64,000 bases of DNA from positions 45,064 to 109,063 of IMG/VR virus record IMGVR_UViG_3300031998_000001; one strand, 5' to 3'. Both the position numbers and the translations under genes were made by a program. Under the pieces are notes generated by a model that searched no databases, was not told where the DNA came from, and saw only the letters and a program-made list of their open reading frames with translations. Numbering within the stretch: the first letter of the stretch is position 1; every line of letters starts with the position of its first letter. Positions 46,626 to 55,772 of this stretch are shown here, in pieces. The stretch comes from a virus (taxonomy: Duplodnaviria > Heunggongvirae > Uroviricota > Caudoviricetes).

Positions 46626-47409
46626 ATGGTACACATCAGAAGAATTGACGAAAAAAATATCCAATGGCAATGCCAACTACGGAAGCAAGAACATCTTTTT
46701 TGCCGTAGTCATCGGCTATGACAAGAACGGAAACAAAGTTTCCTGCAACAAAGATTCAAGGAATACCGTAGTGAAGTTCCAAGCAATACCGTTGAAAGTC
46801 AGTACGAATACCAATCTTGCGACCGAACTTGGGGTATATGATACTGCACAATATTGCGAGACATACAAGAGCGCGGTTGAAATTGCGGATTACTGGAATA
46901 AATCCTATAAGAGCAACGGGACATACTTCGATGACTTTGGCGGAAATATCGGTGAAAGCCGTAGTTTTCGTGGTAGGAGGATGCTGAACGAGAGCAAACT
47001 CCTTGACGCTATCAGGAAGTATGACAGCGATAAGTTGGACAGCATAGAAGCACTCGTGCATAGCGAGTATTCATTAACGCTTGATGGACTTATTGCATTG
47101 TATAGACATTTTTATAGAACCGACATAGACTTCTTCACCGAGTTCTTGGAATATACTGGCGACAGGCGCAACGAGTGGTTGAAAGACGAGTATGAATGGT
47201 GGGATTTCATCAAGACTTATGTTGCATACAAACTCTTGGATGATATAAGCGTCAACGAGATTGTTCAGGCGGTCATAGACGAGGAATATGTGAATTACAT
47301 AAGCGACCCAGATGACATATTTGAAGAGTTTAACCGTAACGAAATCGGCAAATGGGCTGAAGGTATCTGTGCGGAACTCGGAATACAAGCACCCGATATG
47401 GAAGATTAG
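46626..47409 (+). CDS. CTS-like tagged protein, frameshifted at an A7 run (46651..46657)
   Basis: ATG 46626 gives MVHIRRIDE in a different frame from the 254-aa ORF; removing one A fuses them (…IDEKISNG…). Confidence 0.7.
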
Positions 47410-47441
47410 GCAAGACAACATTGTGCAAAGTTTTATATTCT

Positions 47442-47477
47442 GGAAGGTCGGGGCGATACCCGACTTTCCTTTTTTTT
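47442..47477 (+). terminator. Intrinsic terminator
   Basis: GGAAGGTCGGG-GCGATA-CCCGACTTTCC then T8. Confidence 0.8.
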
Positions 47478-47506
47478 CTGAAATCATTATAAATAGCCTA
47501 TATATT
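47478..47506 (+). promoter_or_regulatory. Bipartite CTGAAA motif with nested TATAAATA
   Basis: CTGAAA-TCATTATAAATAGC-CTATATATT, nearly identical to 33825. Confidence 0.7.
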
Positions 47507-47543
47507 ATTAGTGAATCACAGGATGGACAATACGGTTTTTAAT

Positions 47544-48920
47544 ATGAATGATAAAAAGCAATATCTGGAGATTAGGTTACGGACGATAGATAATTTTCTG
47601 GATGTTGACCAGAAGCAGTTTGCTATGTCGGTCATAGAGGACAGGGCGATACCCTCCGTTATTGACGGCTTCAAGCCAGTGCAGAGGAAGATAATATATG
47701 TCGCCAGCAAACTCTGGAAGTCGGGCGGGGAGAAGCCTATGAAGGTCTTTCAGTTGGGCGGGCAGGTGTCCTCGCTTGCGCTCTACGCGCACGGGGATAT
47801 GAGTATGAACGGGGCTATAACGGCAATGGGACAGGGCTTCAAGAACAACCTGCCGTTGCTCGAAGGCATCGGTCAGTACGGAAGCCTCCGTGTTCCCAAT
47901 GCTGGCGCACCCCGATACATCGGCACGAAACTCTCCCCGAACTTTCGGATGATATACAAGGACTTTGAACTTCTCGAAGGCAAGGTCGAGGAGGGCTACG
48001 AGATAGAGCCTTCATTTTTCCTGCCGATAATCCCTATGGTCATAGTGAACGGGAGTTCTGGCATCGCTGTCGGGTATGCGAGCAACATACTCAACCGCAA
48101 CCCGCTCGATGTAACGGAAGCCTGCCTTGCACTGCTTGCAGGCAAGCGCGTCCCCGAACTCAAGCCGTGGCTCTCGGAGTTCAGCGGGACATACACCCGC
48201 GATGCCGACAACCCTAACAGGTGGGCGGTGTCTGGCTCGTACAAGGTCGTGAACACGACCACCGTGCGGGTGACCGAACTCCCCCCGTCAATGACATTCG
48301 AGAAGTACGAGGAGTACCTTGACAGCCTTGTCGAGAAGAAGGTCATAGCGGACTATGAGAACAACAGTTCCTCTGGCGTTGACTACTTGTTGAAATTTAC
48401 CCGTGCAGACCTGAAGAGCCTCATCGACAGCAGGAAACTCGAAGGCATACTTAAAGTCAATGCGAGCGAAACGGAGAATTTGACCACGCTTGACGAGCAC
48501 GGGCATCTCAAGATATTCGACAGGGTGGAGGACTTGGTTCGCTACTTCGTGTCATACCGCCTCGAATGGTATGAAAGACGCAAGGCGTATATGCTCGACA
48601 AACTTCGGGACGAGTATGTGACGCTCATCAACAGGGCGAAGTTCGTGAAGGCTATAATAGAGAGGAAACTCAAGGTCGGGAATGTGCCGAAGTCGGAGGT
48701 TACGGACTGGCTCTCGAAGAACAAGTACGACACCCGCTCTGGAAACTACGACTACCTGCTCAATATGGGCATATCCTCACTGACGAAGGAGAAGCACGAG
48801 GCGTTGCTTGCGGAGACGAAATCGGTGGAGGCAAGGCTCGACGAGATGATGAAGGCGAACCCGAAGGATATGTATGTGTCGGACTTGAAGGAACTCAAGA
48901 AGTGCCTTGCCAGAAAATAG
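47544..48920 (+). CDS. DNA topoisomerase II medium subunit (GyrA/ParC-like; T4 gp52)
   Basis: RAIPSVIDGFKPVQRK, HGDMS, APRY active-site Tyr, GIAVGYA. Confidence 0.95.
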   Translation: MNDKKQYLEIRLRTIDNFLDVDQKQFAMSVIEDRAIPSVIDGFKPVQRKIIYVASKLWKSGGEKPMKVFQLGGQVSSLALYAHGDMSMNGAITAMGQGFKNNLPLLEGIGQYGSLRVPNAGAPRYIGTKLSPNFRMIYKDFELLEGKVEEGYEIEPSFFLPIIPMVIVNGSSGIAVGYASNILNRNPLDVTEACLALLAGKRVPELKPWLSEFSGTYTRDADNPNRWAVSGSYKVVNTTTVRVTELPPSMTFEKYEEYLDSLVEKKVIADYENNSSSGVDYLLKFTRADLKSLIDSRKLEGILKVNASETENLTTLDEHGHLKIFDRVEDLVRYFVSYRLEWYERRKAYMLDKLRDEYVTLINRAKFVKAIIERKLKVGNVPKSEVTDWLSKNKYDTRSGNYDYLLNMGISSLTKEKHEALLAETKSVEARLDEMMKANPKDMYVSDLKELKKCLARK

Positions 48921-48932
48921 TCTGCATTTTTT

Positions 48933-48963
48933 CTGAAATCGCAATGGATAAACTATATATTAG
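48933..48963 (+). promoter_or_regulatory. Bipartite motif CTGAAA-N14-CTATATATTAG
   Basis: Exact spacing; heads the small-gene block. Confidence 0.7.
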
Positions 48964-48987
48964 TGTTGGAAAGAAAGACACAATGCG

Positions 48988-49293
48988 ATGAAAATATTTA
49001 GCAAGACAGCAATACTGAAAATCGGGACTAACAAGAATGTCCGCTGGCACATACAGGCTTCGGGCAAATGGTGGAACGAGGTCGAGAACAGGTGGACGGA
49101 CTACACCCCTGATGCTGACCTGTCGAGCACCAACAAGTCATTCTCTGGCAAGATGAGTTCCCGAAAGGTCGCCCGCCTTGTCCGCAGGTGGAATCTTCCC
49201 TCCGGGACGGTGGTGCGCTTCTTGGGCGTGTACCACTGGAGGGGCAGGAACGCGGTCGTTCCAGCGGAAGTGTTTGAAGTAGCAATTAAATAG
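48988..49293 (+). CDS. Hypothetical basic protein
   Basis: 101-aa ORF after promoter motif. Confidence 0.65.
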   Translation: MKIFSKTAILKIGTNKNVRWHIQASGKWWNEVENRWTDYTPDADLSSTNKSFSGKMSSRKVARLVRRWNLPSGTVVRFLGVYHWRGRNAVVPAEVFEVAIK

Positions 49294-49314
49294 TAACTAA
49301 AAAAGGCATAAATT

Positions 49315-49698
49315 ATGAACACAATCAAAAAGTGCTGCGCGAACTGCGCAAAGTTTCAGAATGGTGATGCCTGTACGCATCAGAGTAATATCTTCTTCTC
49401 CTGCGGGGGTGGTGAAATGGAGTTCCACATTTCCTGCGATGAGTATGAAGTTGATGAAAGAAGAGTCGAGAAGGGTAAGGATGTTCTGGACGAAATCGTC
49501 CCAATAAATCCGCCTGTGCCAATTATACCTCCGTATTATCCTTCGCCTTGCAGTGACTGGGCGCATTGTAGCAACCCCCACCACGATTGTATAAATTGCC
49601 CGCTTATGTATGGCAGAGGAGACTTGGGCACTTGGGGTACTACTACTGAACTCAAGACAAGACAGGACGGAACTGGCGATGCCGAAACCACCAAATAG
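49315..49698 (+). CDS. Cys-rich hypothetical protein
   Basis: CCANC…C…C and CSDWAHC…CINCP. Confidence 0.6.
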   Translation: MNTIKKCCANCAKFQNGDACTHQSNIFFSCGGGEMEFHISCDEYEVDERRVEKGKDVLDEIVPINPPVPIIPPYYPSPCSDWAHCSNPHHDCINCPLMYGRGDLGTWGTTTELKTRQDGTGDAETTK

Positions 49699-49712
49699 TC
49701 GGAGGGACGGTT

Positions 49713-50390
49713 ATGAAGAAGTCTGGTGAAATATTGAAGTCAGTCGGTATCGCATTCGCCATTGTCGCGTGCGCAACCGTCGTTTCGGTGGGGGCGGTGG
49801 CATTGTGCCACTGGCTCAAGCCATTGGTCGGGGAGTATGCCCTCTATGGTTCTATCGGTGTCATACTTCTCGGTGCTGTGTCATATACCGTGTATGACAT
49901 ACGCAAGACGAACAGGGCTTTCGCGCAGGAAATGGATGAATCCAGTGCCGATGACGCGAACGAAGTTCCGAACGCGCCCGCGTCGGACGATTCTGGGGCT
50001 GTTTCTGGGGCTGTTTCCGATGAGGTGGAAGATTGCCCCGCCGAAGATGAAAGCCCCGAAAAAGGGGCTGAAAGAAAGTTCCATAAGTTGTGTGGTGTTG
50101 ACGAGGGAAGGCTTCTTCCTTTCGGCGACCTCAACTATGTCGTTCAGGCGTGGTGCTCGGACGACGGCAAGACCGCGACCTGCGACAACTATATGCCCAG
50201 AAAGAACAGGATTGAGCCGTGCCAGTTTGAATCAAGGGAGGACTTGTGCAGGAACTTGGCTGACACGAGGGAGCGTATGAAGATGGCGATTGTGGTTATC
50301 GACAAGTTCATCGCTGGGGAGACAAACAACTTCTACTACTGGGACGAAACATCAATGCCCGAAGGCTGGGCTGACGACAAGGAAAGTTAA
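49713..50390 (+). CDS. Membrane protein (two N-terminal TM helices)
   Basis: Hydrophobic segments at about aa 10-33 and 40-58, acidic linker. Confidence 0.65.
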   Translation: MKKSGEILKSVGIAFAIVACATVVSVGAVALCHWLKPLVGEYALYGSIGVILLGAVSYTVYDIRKTNRAFAQEMDESSADDANEVPNAPASDDSGAVSGAVSDEVEDCPAEDESPEKGAERKFHKLCGVDEGRLLPFGDLNYVVQAWCSDDGKTATCDNYMPRKNRIEPCQFESREDLCRNLADTRERMKMAIVVIDKFIAGETNNFYYWDETSMPEGWADDKES

Positions 50391-50408
50391 ACAACCAAAG
50401 ATACGGAT

Positions 50409-51239
50409 ATGGAAAGGAATTTGACAGACGACAGGTTTGAAGTAAATCTCGGCAACTGCGGTGTAAGTGCCGAAGCGGTGGAGATGAAGAACAGGAACGA
50501 GTCCCTCGCAAGGGATGTTGTGGAGGCTGTAAGGGTTGCGCTCGGAATGCGTGAAGGCGGGCAGGACAGCCGTTTTATCAGAAATAACCCGAAGGAGGTT
50601 ATGTGCTTCGCCAACCACATACTGACCATCTTTGAAATGAGCGACCTGACAATGTGGGAAAGGGCGGAGAAGTACACGGAGCGTGTGAAGAGGTATGCAG
50701 GGGATATGGGCTTGGGTGTGTCCGATGCGCAGGTCGAACTCTACAGGCAGGCGTACATTGACGGTGAACTCGCCCAGAACGAGGTTGATATGGCAGCATA
50801 TATGAAGGGGCACGTAAGCGTGGAGTTCAAGGACAGACCAGCCATATATTATGTCTGCGTGAGGGGCGAAGGCACTATGAATGTCTTTCCCTGCACGGTC
50901 GAGGACTACACCCCGACCAACACGAACAAGCCCGCCGTCAAACTCTCGTGGAGGTATGTCGGCGGTGAGAAGGGTGATTATGTCATCTACGGAAGCCTTC
51001 CCGAAGTCGTGGCTGAAACCCCGAAGGCGTACAGCAACGGGCTTATAACATTCTGCCGAAGCAAGGAGCAGTGCAGGAAAGTCCTCAAAGCGTACAACGA
51101 GGACAAGGCTACGGAGTTGAGGAATGAAATCGAAAGGCTCAATGTGGAAGTGAAGGCTAACGAAACCCTGCTCGAAGATTATGATAACAGGGACGCACAC
51201 TGGATAGAGTTGAAGTTGAACGAACACTTGGATGATTGA
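50409..51239 (+). CDS. Hypothetical protein
   Basis: 276-aa ORF. Confidence 0.7.
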   Translation: MERNLTDDRFEVNLGNCGVSAEAVEMKNRNESLARDVVEAVRVALGMREGGQDSRFIRNNPKEVMCFANHILTIFEMSDLTMWERAEKYTERVKRYAGDMGLGVSDAQVELYRQAYIDGELAQNEVDMAAYMKGHVSVEFKDRPAIYYVCVRGEGTMNVFPCTVEDYTPTNTNKPAVKLSWRYVGGEKGDYVIYGSLPEVVAETPKAYSNGLITFCRSKEQCRKVLKAYNEDKATELRNEIERLNVEVKANETLLEDYDNRDAHWIELKLNEHLDD

Positions 51240-51240
51240 T

Positions 51241-51867
51241 ATGAAAAAGGAAACAGAGAGCATACTTTTCTACTTGAAGAAGGCGGAGAGCCTCATCGCT
51301 TCGAGTACGGACTGCGAGAACGCCACATTCGCAATGGTTATGTGCAACGCCCACGAAATCCTGACGGGAAACACCGCTTGGGCTACCGTTATGGCTTCGG
51401 ACTATGACGATGGCGGAAGGTCGCACGATGGCTATATGGCGTATCTTGCGGCAAGGTGCAGGGAATGTTCGGGGCTTCTTGCCGACTACAGGAACTTCTT
51501 CGCCAAGGGCGATGCCGTTAAACTTGTTGTTGACCGTATCATAAACCTGCTTTCGAGCGCGGACAAGTGCATAGATGCTGCCGTCCCGCGTGAGAGGGTT
51601 AGGGGCGAGGAAAGCGAGGACAGGAAAGCGTTGAGGTCGTTGTCTGTCCCCCGTTCCGAATACGAGGCTGACAGGTGGAGGAACATCGCGAGCGAGGAGT
51701 TCTATGTCATAAAGGGCTTCATATATGACTTTATGGAGAAGAACGGATGCGGCGAGAACGAAGGCTTCCCCGGCAGGTGCGACTTGCCCTGCCCGCGCGC
51801 GAACGGGCTGTGCCAGTTCGTCAAGAGGGGGATGGAACTCGGCAAGGTTATTTGCTCTGGCGATTAG
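51241..51867 (+). CDS. Hypothetical protein
   Basis: About 208-aa ORF, last of + block. Confidence 0.65.
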   Translation: MKKETESILFYLKKAESLIASSTDCENATFAMVMCNAHEILTGNTAWATVMASDYDDGGRSHDGYMAYLAARCRECSGLLADYRNFFAKGDAVKLVVDRIINLLSSADKCIDAAVPRERVRGEESEDRKALRSLSVPRSEYEADRWRNIASEEFYVIKGFIYDFMEKNGCGENEGFPGRCDLPCPRANGLCQFVKRGMELGKVICSGD

Positions 51868-51919
51868 CGGGTGACCATATTTTTATTGTATTATACACAT
51901 ATTTATGTCTTTCAAAGCG

Positions 51920-51955
51920 AAAGGGGAGCAGACCGCTCGGTCAACTCCCTTTCTT
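51920..51955. terminator. Probable bidirectional terminator
   Basis: GGGAG…GACC-GCTC-GGTC…CTCCC between convergent genes. Confidence 0.6.
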
Positions 51956-51978
51956 ATTTCCTTGTGTTCGGCTTGTGC

Positions 51979-52362
51979 CTATTCGTCCTCGTCGGGCAAC
52001 TGCAATACGAACTGCTCGTTGCACTCGCCAGAACTTCTCCACTCGAAACTCTCGCCCATCGTGCGGCAGTATATTTCGTCGAATCCCTCGTTGAGTATCA
52101 ACTGCGAGTTTTCCCACGGATTGAGGCGACCCTTGTAGGACTTGTTTACCCAGATGTCAACATAGTACCCGCACCAGTTGTCAATCTTTACGACACAGCC
52201 CCCGCGCGAGAGTGCTGGACGCTCGGTGAAGAACTCGTCTGGGATTACATATTCCGCCTCCGCGCCCCTCGACTTAACTACGCGGGTAGCGGTCAGGACT
52301 TCCTGTGAGAACGCACATACTGCGAACAAAAGCATAATAGCCGTAAACAATATCTTTTTCAT
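51979..52362 (-). CDS. Secreted protein with Sec signal peptide
   Basis: MKKILFTAIMLLFAVCAFS|QE; Gln at +1 fits the Bacteroidota Q-rule. Confidence 0.7.
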   Translation of the reverse strand: MKKILFTAIMLLFAVCAFSQEVLTATRVVKSRGAEAEYVIPDEFFTERPALSRGGCVVKIDNWCGYYVDIWVNKSYKGRLNPWENSQLILNEGFDEIYCRTMGESFEWRSSGECNEQFVLQLPDEDE

Positions 52363-52433
52363 AGCACTAAACAAAAATATAATATGCCCGACAATATGCA
52401 ATAATCATTCCAAAACCGTGCCTGTGTCCTGTG

Positions 52434-53153
52434 CTATTCCATATATTTGCTCAACTCGTCCTTCGCCCTTGCGGTTGACGGTCTGGTGTAGTTGAGTATC
52501 GTCACCCCGTTGCGAGACGCGAACTCGAATATGTCCCTGTCGATGCCGTCCCAGAAGTTCTCATTCCCTCCGAACTCCGAGACGCAGTATGCGTAGTGCA
52601 TTGCGTATCCGAGATAATTCGTGTCCCCGCCCCGAATGCGTGCAACCCACTCGTCATAGTCGCCCGACATCTTCGAGAGGATTTCGTCCCTTGAACCGTG
52701 CCCTCTCCTTATTGCTTTCTCCACATCCCTGCGGTGCTCCTCCATAACTTCGAGAACCTTGCCAACGAACTCCCCGCTTCCCTTCGTGTCGATGTCCGCG
52801 TAGAGCCTGTCGTTCCCAGTGGCGTAACTTCTCGGTGCTTCTATGCGGTCGAACGAGAGCCTGAATGTGTCCCCGAACACCTCCGAGTAGTACCTTTGCA
52901 TCTGCTTCGTGTAGAACTTCCCGACAGCCTTCTTGTACTCGTCCCAGTTGGTCTTCCATTCGTGGCGGTACTGCGGCTCGTGCCCGAAGCGCGTTTCGTA
53001 TTCGTTGGCATCGAGCAGGTCGTCATACCTGTATTCGCTCCATTCGGTCTTGTGGAAGCCCTTGAACGAGGGTATCACTATGCTTCCCCTGTCGAGCATA
53101 CCGACATTCACGCTTTCGTTCATTTCCGTAAAGTCCTTAAATTTGAGTATCAT
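52434..53153 (-). CDS. CTS-like tagged protein
   Basis: MILKFKDFTEMNE; TATAAATA on minus strand at 53181..53188. Confidence 0.75.
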   Translation of the reverse strand: MILKFKDFTEMNESVNVGMLDRGSIVIPSFKGFHKTEWSEYRYDDLLDANEYETRFGHEPQYRHEWKTNWDEYKKAVGKFYTKQMQRYYSEVFGDTFRLSFDRIEAPRSYATGNDRLYADIDTKGSGEFVGKVLEVMEEHRRDVEKAIRRGHGSRDEILSKMSGDYDEWVARIRGGDTNYLGYAMHYAYCVSEFGGNENFWDGIDRDIFEFASRNGVTILNYTRPSTARAKDELSKYME

Positions 53154-53180
53154 AGTCTGTTCAAAGTTTATACTATATGT

Positions 53181-53230
53181 TATTTATATTGCGGTTTTTC
53201 TGAAATTCCTATTTATTCACTATATATTAG
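53181..53230. promoter_or_regulatory. Divergent promoter pair: late TATAAATA (minus) and CTGAAA-N14-CTATATATTAG (plus, 53200..53230)
   Basis: Both motifs read directly; same layout at 60328..60372. Confidence 0.7.
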
Positions 53231-53262
53231 GTTTGGAAAGAAACAATTAAAAATTAAAGAAA

Positions 53263-53748
53263 ATGGAAAGTAACGACAAAAGCAAAAGCGCAATGAATAC
53301 GATGACCATCGTCTTGCGCGACAAGGAAATGATTAAGGAAATACTCAAGGACGAAGATTGCCTTGTGAAGATTAAGGACAAGGCGGTTGCGCAGGCATCG
53401 AAGCAACTCGCGAGGAATTTGCTGTTCAACGACGACTATGAACTTGACAGCCAAGCAGCAGACATCATCGTCAAGGAATTGTTTGAACAGCGTGGCGGAC
53501 GACTTATGCTCCGCGACAGGTATTCGAGCGTTTTGAACACCGCCGTCAATGAAATAATCGAGAAGGTGCTGAACGAAAGGCTTGAAGAGATTACCAAGAA
53601 ACTCAACACCGAGATTGACCGCTTCAAGTCGAACATTGAGCATTTCATCGAGGACTGGGAGATTGAAAAGAAAGCCGATAGAATACTCCGCCAGAGCATA
53701 GAGGAAAAGGTCGGTGATGTAGTAAAGCAACTTATTGGCAAGAAATAG
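53263..53748 (+). CDS. Hypothetical coiled-coil protein
   Basis: 161-aa charged ORF. Confidence 0.7.
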   Translation: MESNDKSKSAMNTMTIVLRDKEMIKEILKDEDCLVKIKDKAVAQASKQLARNLLFNDDYELDSQAADIIVKELFEQRGGRLMLRDRYSSVLNTAVNEIIEKVLNERLEEITKKLNTEIDRFKSNIEHFIEDWEIEKKADRILRQSIEEKVGDVVKQLIGKK

Positions 53749-53752
53749 CACT

Positions 53753-53971
53753 ATGACGAAGAACGAGGAACTTGCGAAGAAACTTGCCGACTGCTCGGCG
53801 ATTGTGGACGACGAGACCGAACACCTGATATATTTTCACGGTGCATTGAGGATGGCGAAGGAGAAGGACAGGATGTTCGTGGAATGGTTGCAGTCCAAGA
53901 TTGAACTTCCGAAAGAACTGAAAGACGAACTCTTAAAGGAATTTGGCGATGGAAACGAAAACAACGGTTGA
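53753..53971 (+). CDS. Small hypothetical protein
   Basis: MTKNEELAKK…GALRMAKEKD. Confidence 0.6.
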   Translation: MTKNEELAKKLADCSAIVDDETEHLIYFHGALRMAKEKDRMFVEWLQSKIELPKELKDELLKEFGDGNENNG

Positions 53972-54323
53972 CAACCACAATGAATATTTCCTGCGTGGCA
54001 GGATGCAGGAACTTATCGGCGAGATAGTTGCAGGGAACGGCAGGGTAGGCTTTGCTCCGCTTCGCTTTGAAAATAACGCAACCCCGTTTTCGGACGGCTG
54101 TGCAAGGGAGGTCAGGGACCTGCCGATATGCGACTGCGTGGCGGAGGCTGTCTCCGTCATAACGGTCGGCTCGGAGGGCGACGAGGAAGTGATTGCGGAG
54201 TGCTACAAGGCGGGCACTCGCACGCCGATACTCGTGCGCGTTTCGGAACTCGGCTATATGAACACGCTCAAACTTTTGTGGCGCGTGCTTGGTGCTTGTA
54301 TTGTTGAACCAAATAGAAAGTAA
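53949..54323 (+). CDS. Hypothetical protein
   Basis: ORF in tightly packed block. Confidence 0.6.
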   Translation: METKTTVDNHNEYFLRGRMQELIGEIVAGNGRVGFAPLRFENNATPFSDGCAREVRDLPICDCVAEAVSVITVGSEGDEEVIAECYKAGTRTPILVRVSELGYMNTLKLLWRVLGACIVEPNRK

Positions 54324-54328
54324 CGATT

Positions 54329-54649
54329 ATGAACAAGCAGATATTATCACTGGCGGGCTGGAACAGCGAGATACTCCGAAAGGGGGACATAGTGCTGTTC
54401 AAGGTATGGCACGCAAGCAAAGGAAAGTTCACGCTCCACGCTGGCAGGGTCGTAAAGGGCTACGGTGTTGAAGAGGAAGATGAAATCAAGGGCAACTGGC
54501 GCGTGGAAGACCTTATTTCGGGCAATGAATACTACCCGTATGCTTCGGATGTGTGCAAGTTGGAGCGGGGAGGCAATCCAGTAATGGGGGTTGAAGCCAC
54601 ATTGGTTGAAACTCCGAAACCGCATAAATTTACAAGCAGGGAGGAATAG
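54329..54649 (+). CDS. Hypothetical protein (SH3-like beta pattern)
   Basis: RKGDIVLF…GRVVK…WRVED. Confidence 0.55.
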   Translation: MNKQILSLAGWNSEILRKGDIVLFKVWHASKGKFTLHAGRVVKGYGVEEEDEIKGNWRVEDLISGNEYYPYASDVCKLERGGNPVMGVEATLVETPKPHKFTSREE

Positions 54650-54651
54650 CA

Positions 54652-54891
54652 ATGGAAGGAATAACGAACAGAAGGCTTGCACAGGACTTGGAGAGCATAC
54701 GCGAGATGCTCAAGGACTACAGCGAGGCTATATGGTGTCGTCAGGAGGGCAGCCCAGCCGACTACGACCACCAGATGAAACTTGTAAGGCTCGCTATGTG
54801 CGATGTCCGTACTGGGCTTTATCTGGCACAGGAGGCGTTGCGCAAGTTGACGGAAGTCGGAGTGATTGAAGATACGGAGGAAAGACGATGA
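54652..54891 (+). CDS. Small hypothetical protein
   Basis: 79-aa helical ORF. Confidence 0.6.
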   Translation: MEGITNRRLAQDLESIREMLKDYSEAIWCRQEGSPADYDHQMKLVRLAMCDVRTGLYLAQEALRKLTEVGVIEDTEERR

Positions 54892-55598
54892 GCGATAGTT
54901 TTGAATACGAAAAACTCAAGGAGTGGATGGACAGCCCCGAAGGGCAGGAGGCACTCGAAAGGGAAGCGGAGAAGATAGCCCGTGCGGAAAAAGTGAAGAA
55001 GAACTTTGCGAAGCGCATAAAGGCAATGCCGATGGCGGAGCAGGACAAGTGGATGCGCAAAGTAATCGCCAAGTATGCTTCGGACGGGTATAAGAAACGC
55101 TGGTACGACCGTGGCATATTCCCGCCCGAAGACCTGTTCTACTACATAGGCGAGTTTATCGTGTGGAACGGTGTTGAGGTTGGGGAGACGAAGGACGGAG
55201 AGCCGATATTCCAGTATAACCACTGGCGTATGGACTGCAAGTGCGGGCAGGGCGAAACGCACTACAACTTCGAGTATATGGAGGATATTCCAGACAAGTA
55301 CGGTCGCTACACGAATTCGGACAGGTACTGGGAGAATGTGTTCTTCTCGGAGACCAACCGCGACAAGGACTTGCACGGTGCGTTCGCCGAACTCCACGAC
55401 AGGCTCGTGAACGAGATAGTCGCCTTCTGCAAGGAGCGTGACATTGATGTCGTCGATGTGTCCCTCAATGTGAGCAATGTGCTCGGAAGCAAGGATGCGG
55501 GCGAATGGACACCAGCGACCGACAGTTGTATGAAGATGTTTAAGTATAATGAGGACGATGACATCGACTATGACGAGCCGTTCCTCTACAGGATATGA
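54888..55598 (+). CDS. Hypothetical protein
   Basis: 236-aa ORF, ATGA overlap. Confidence 0.7.
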   Translation: MSDSFEYEKLKEWMDSPEGQEALEREAEKIARAEKVKKNFAKRIKAMPMAEQDKWMRKVIAKYASDGYKKRWYDRGIFPPEDLFYYIGEFIVWNGVEVGETKDGEPIFQYNHWRMDCKCGQGETHYNFEYMEDIPDKYGRYTNSDRYWENVFFSETNRDKDLHGAFAELHDRLVNEIVAFCKERDIDVVDVSLNVSNVLGSKDAGEWTPATDSCMKMFKYNEDDDIDYDEPFLYRI

Positions 55599-55602
55599 CA
55601 TT

Positions 55603-55767
55603 ATGGCAGGAAAAGTTAATAAGGAAATCATAATTGAAAGCGCGAAGGAATACGCCCGTACCCATTCGGATGTTACGGGCAATCCTCCGCAGTGGCTCTA
55701 TGACGCTCTCTATTGCGCATACATTTCAGGCGCGGAAAGGGCACTGGGAATAAGAATTATAAACTGA
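55603..55767 (+). CDS. Small hypothetical protein
   Basis: MAGKVNKE…AYISGAERALG. Confidence 0.55.
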   Translation: MAGKVNKEIIIESAKEYARTHSDVTGNPPQWLYDALYCAYISGAERALGIRIIN

Positions 55768-55772
55768 AAGAT

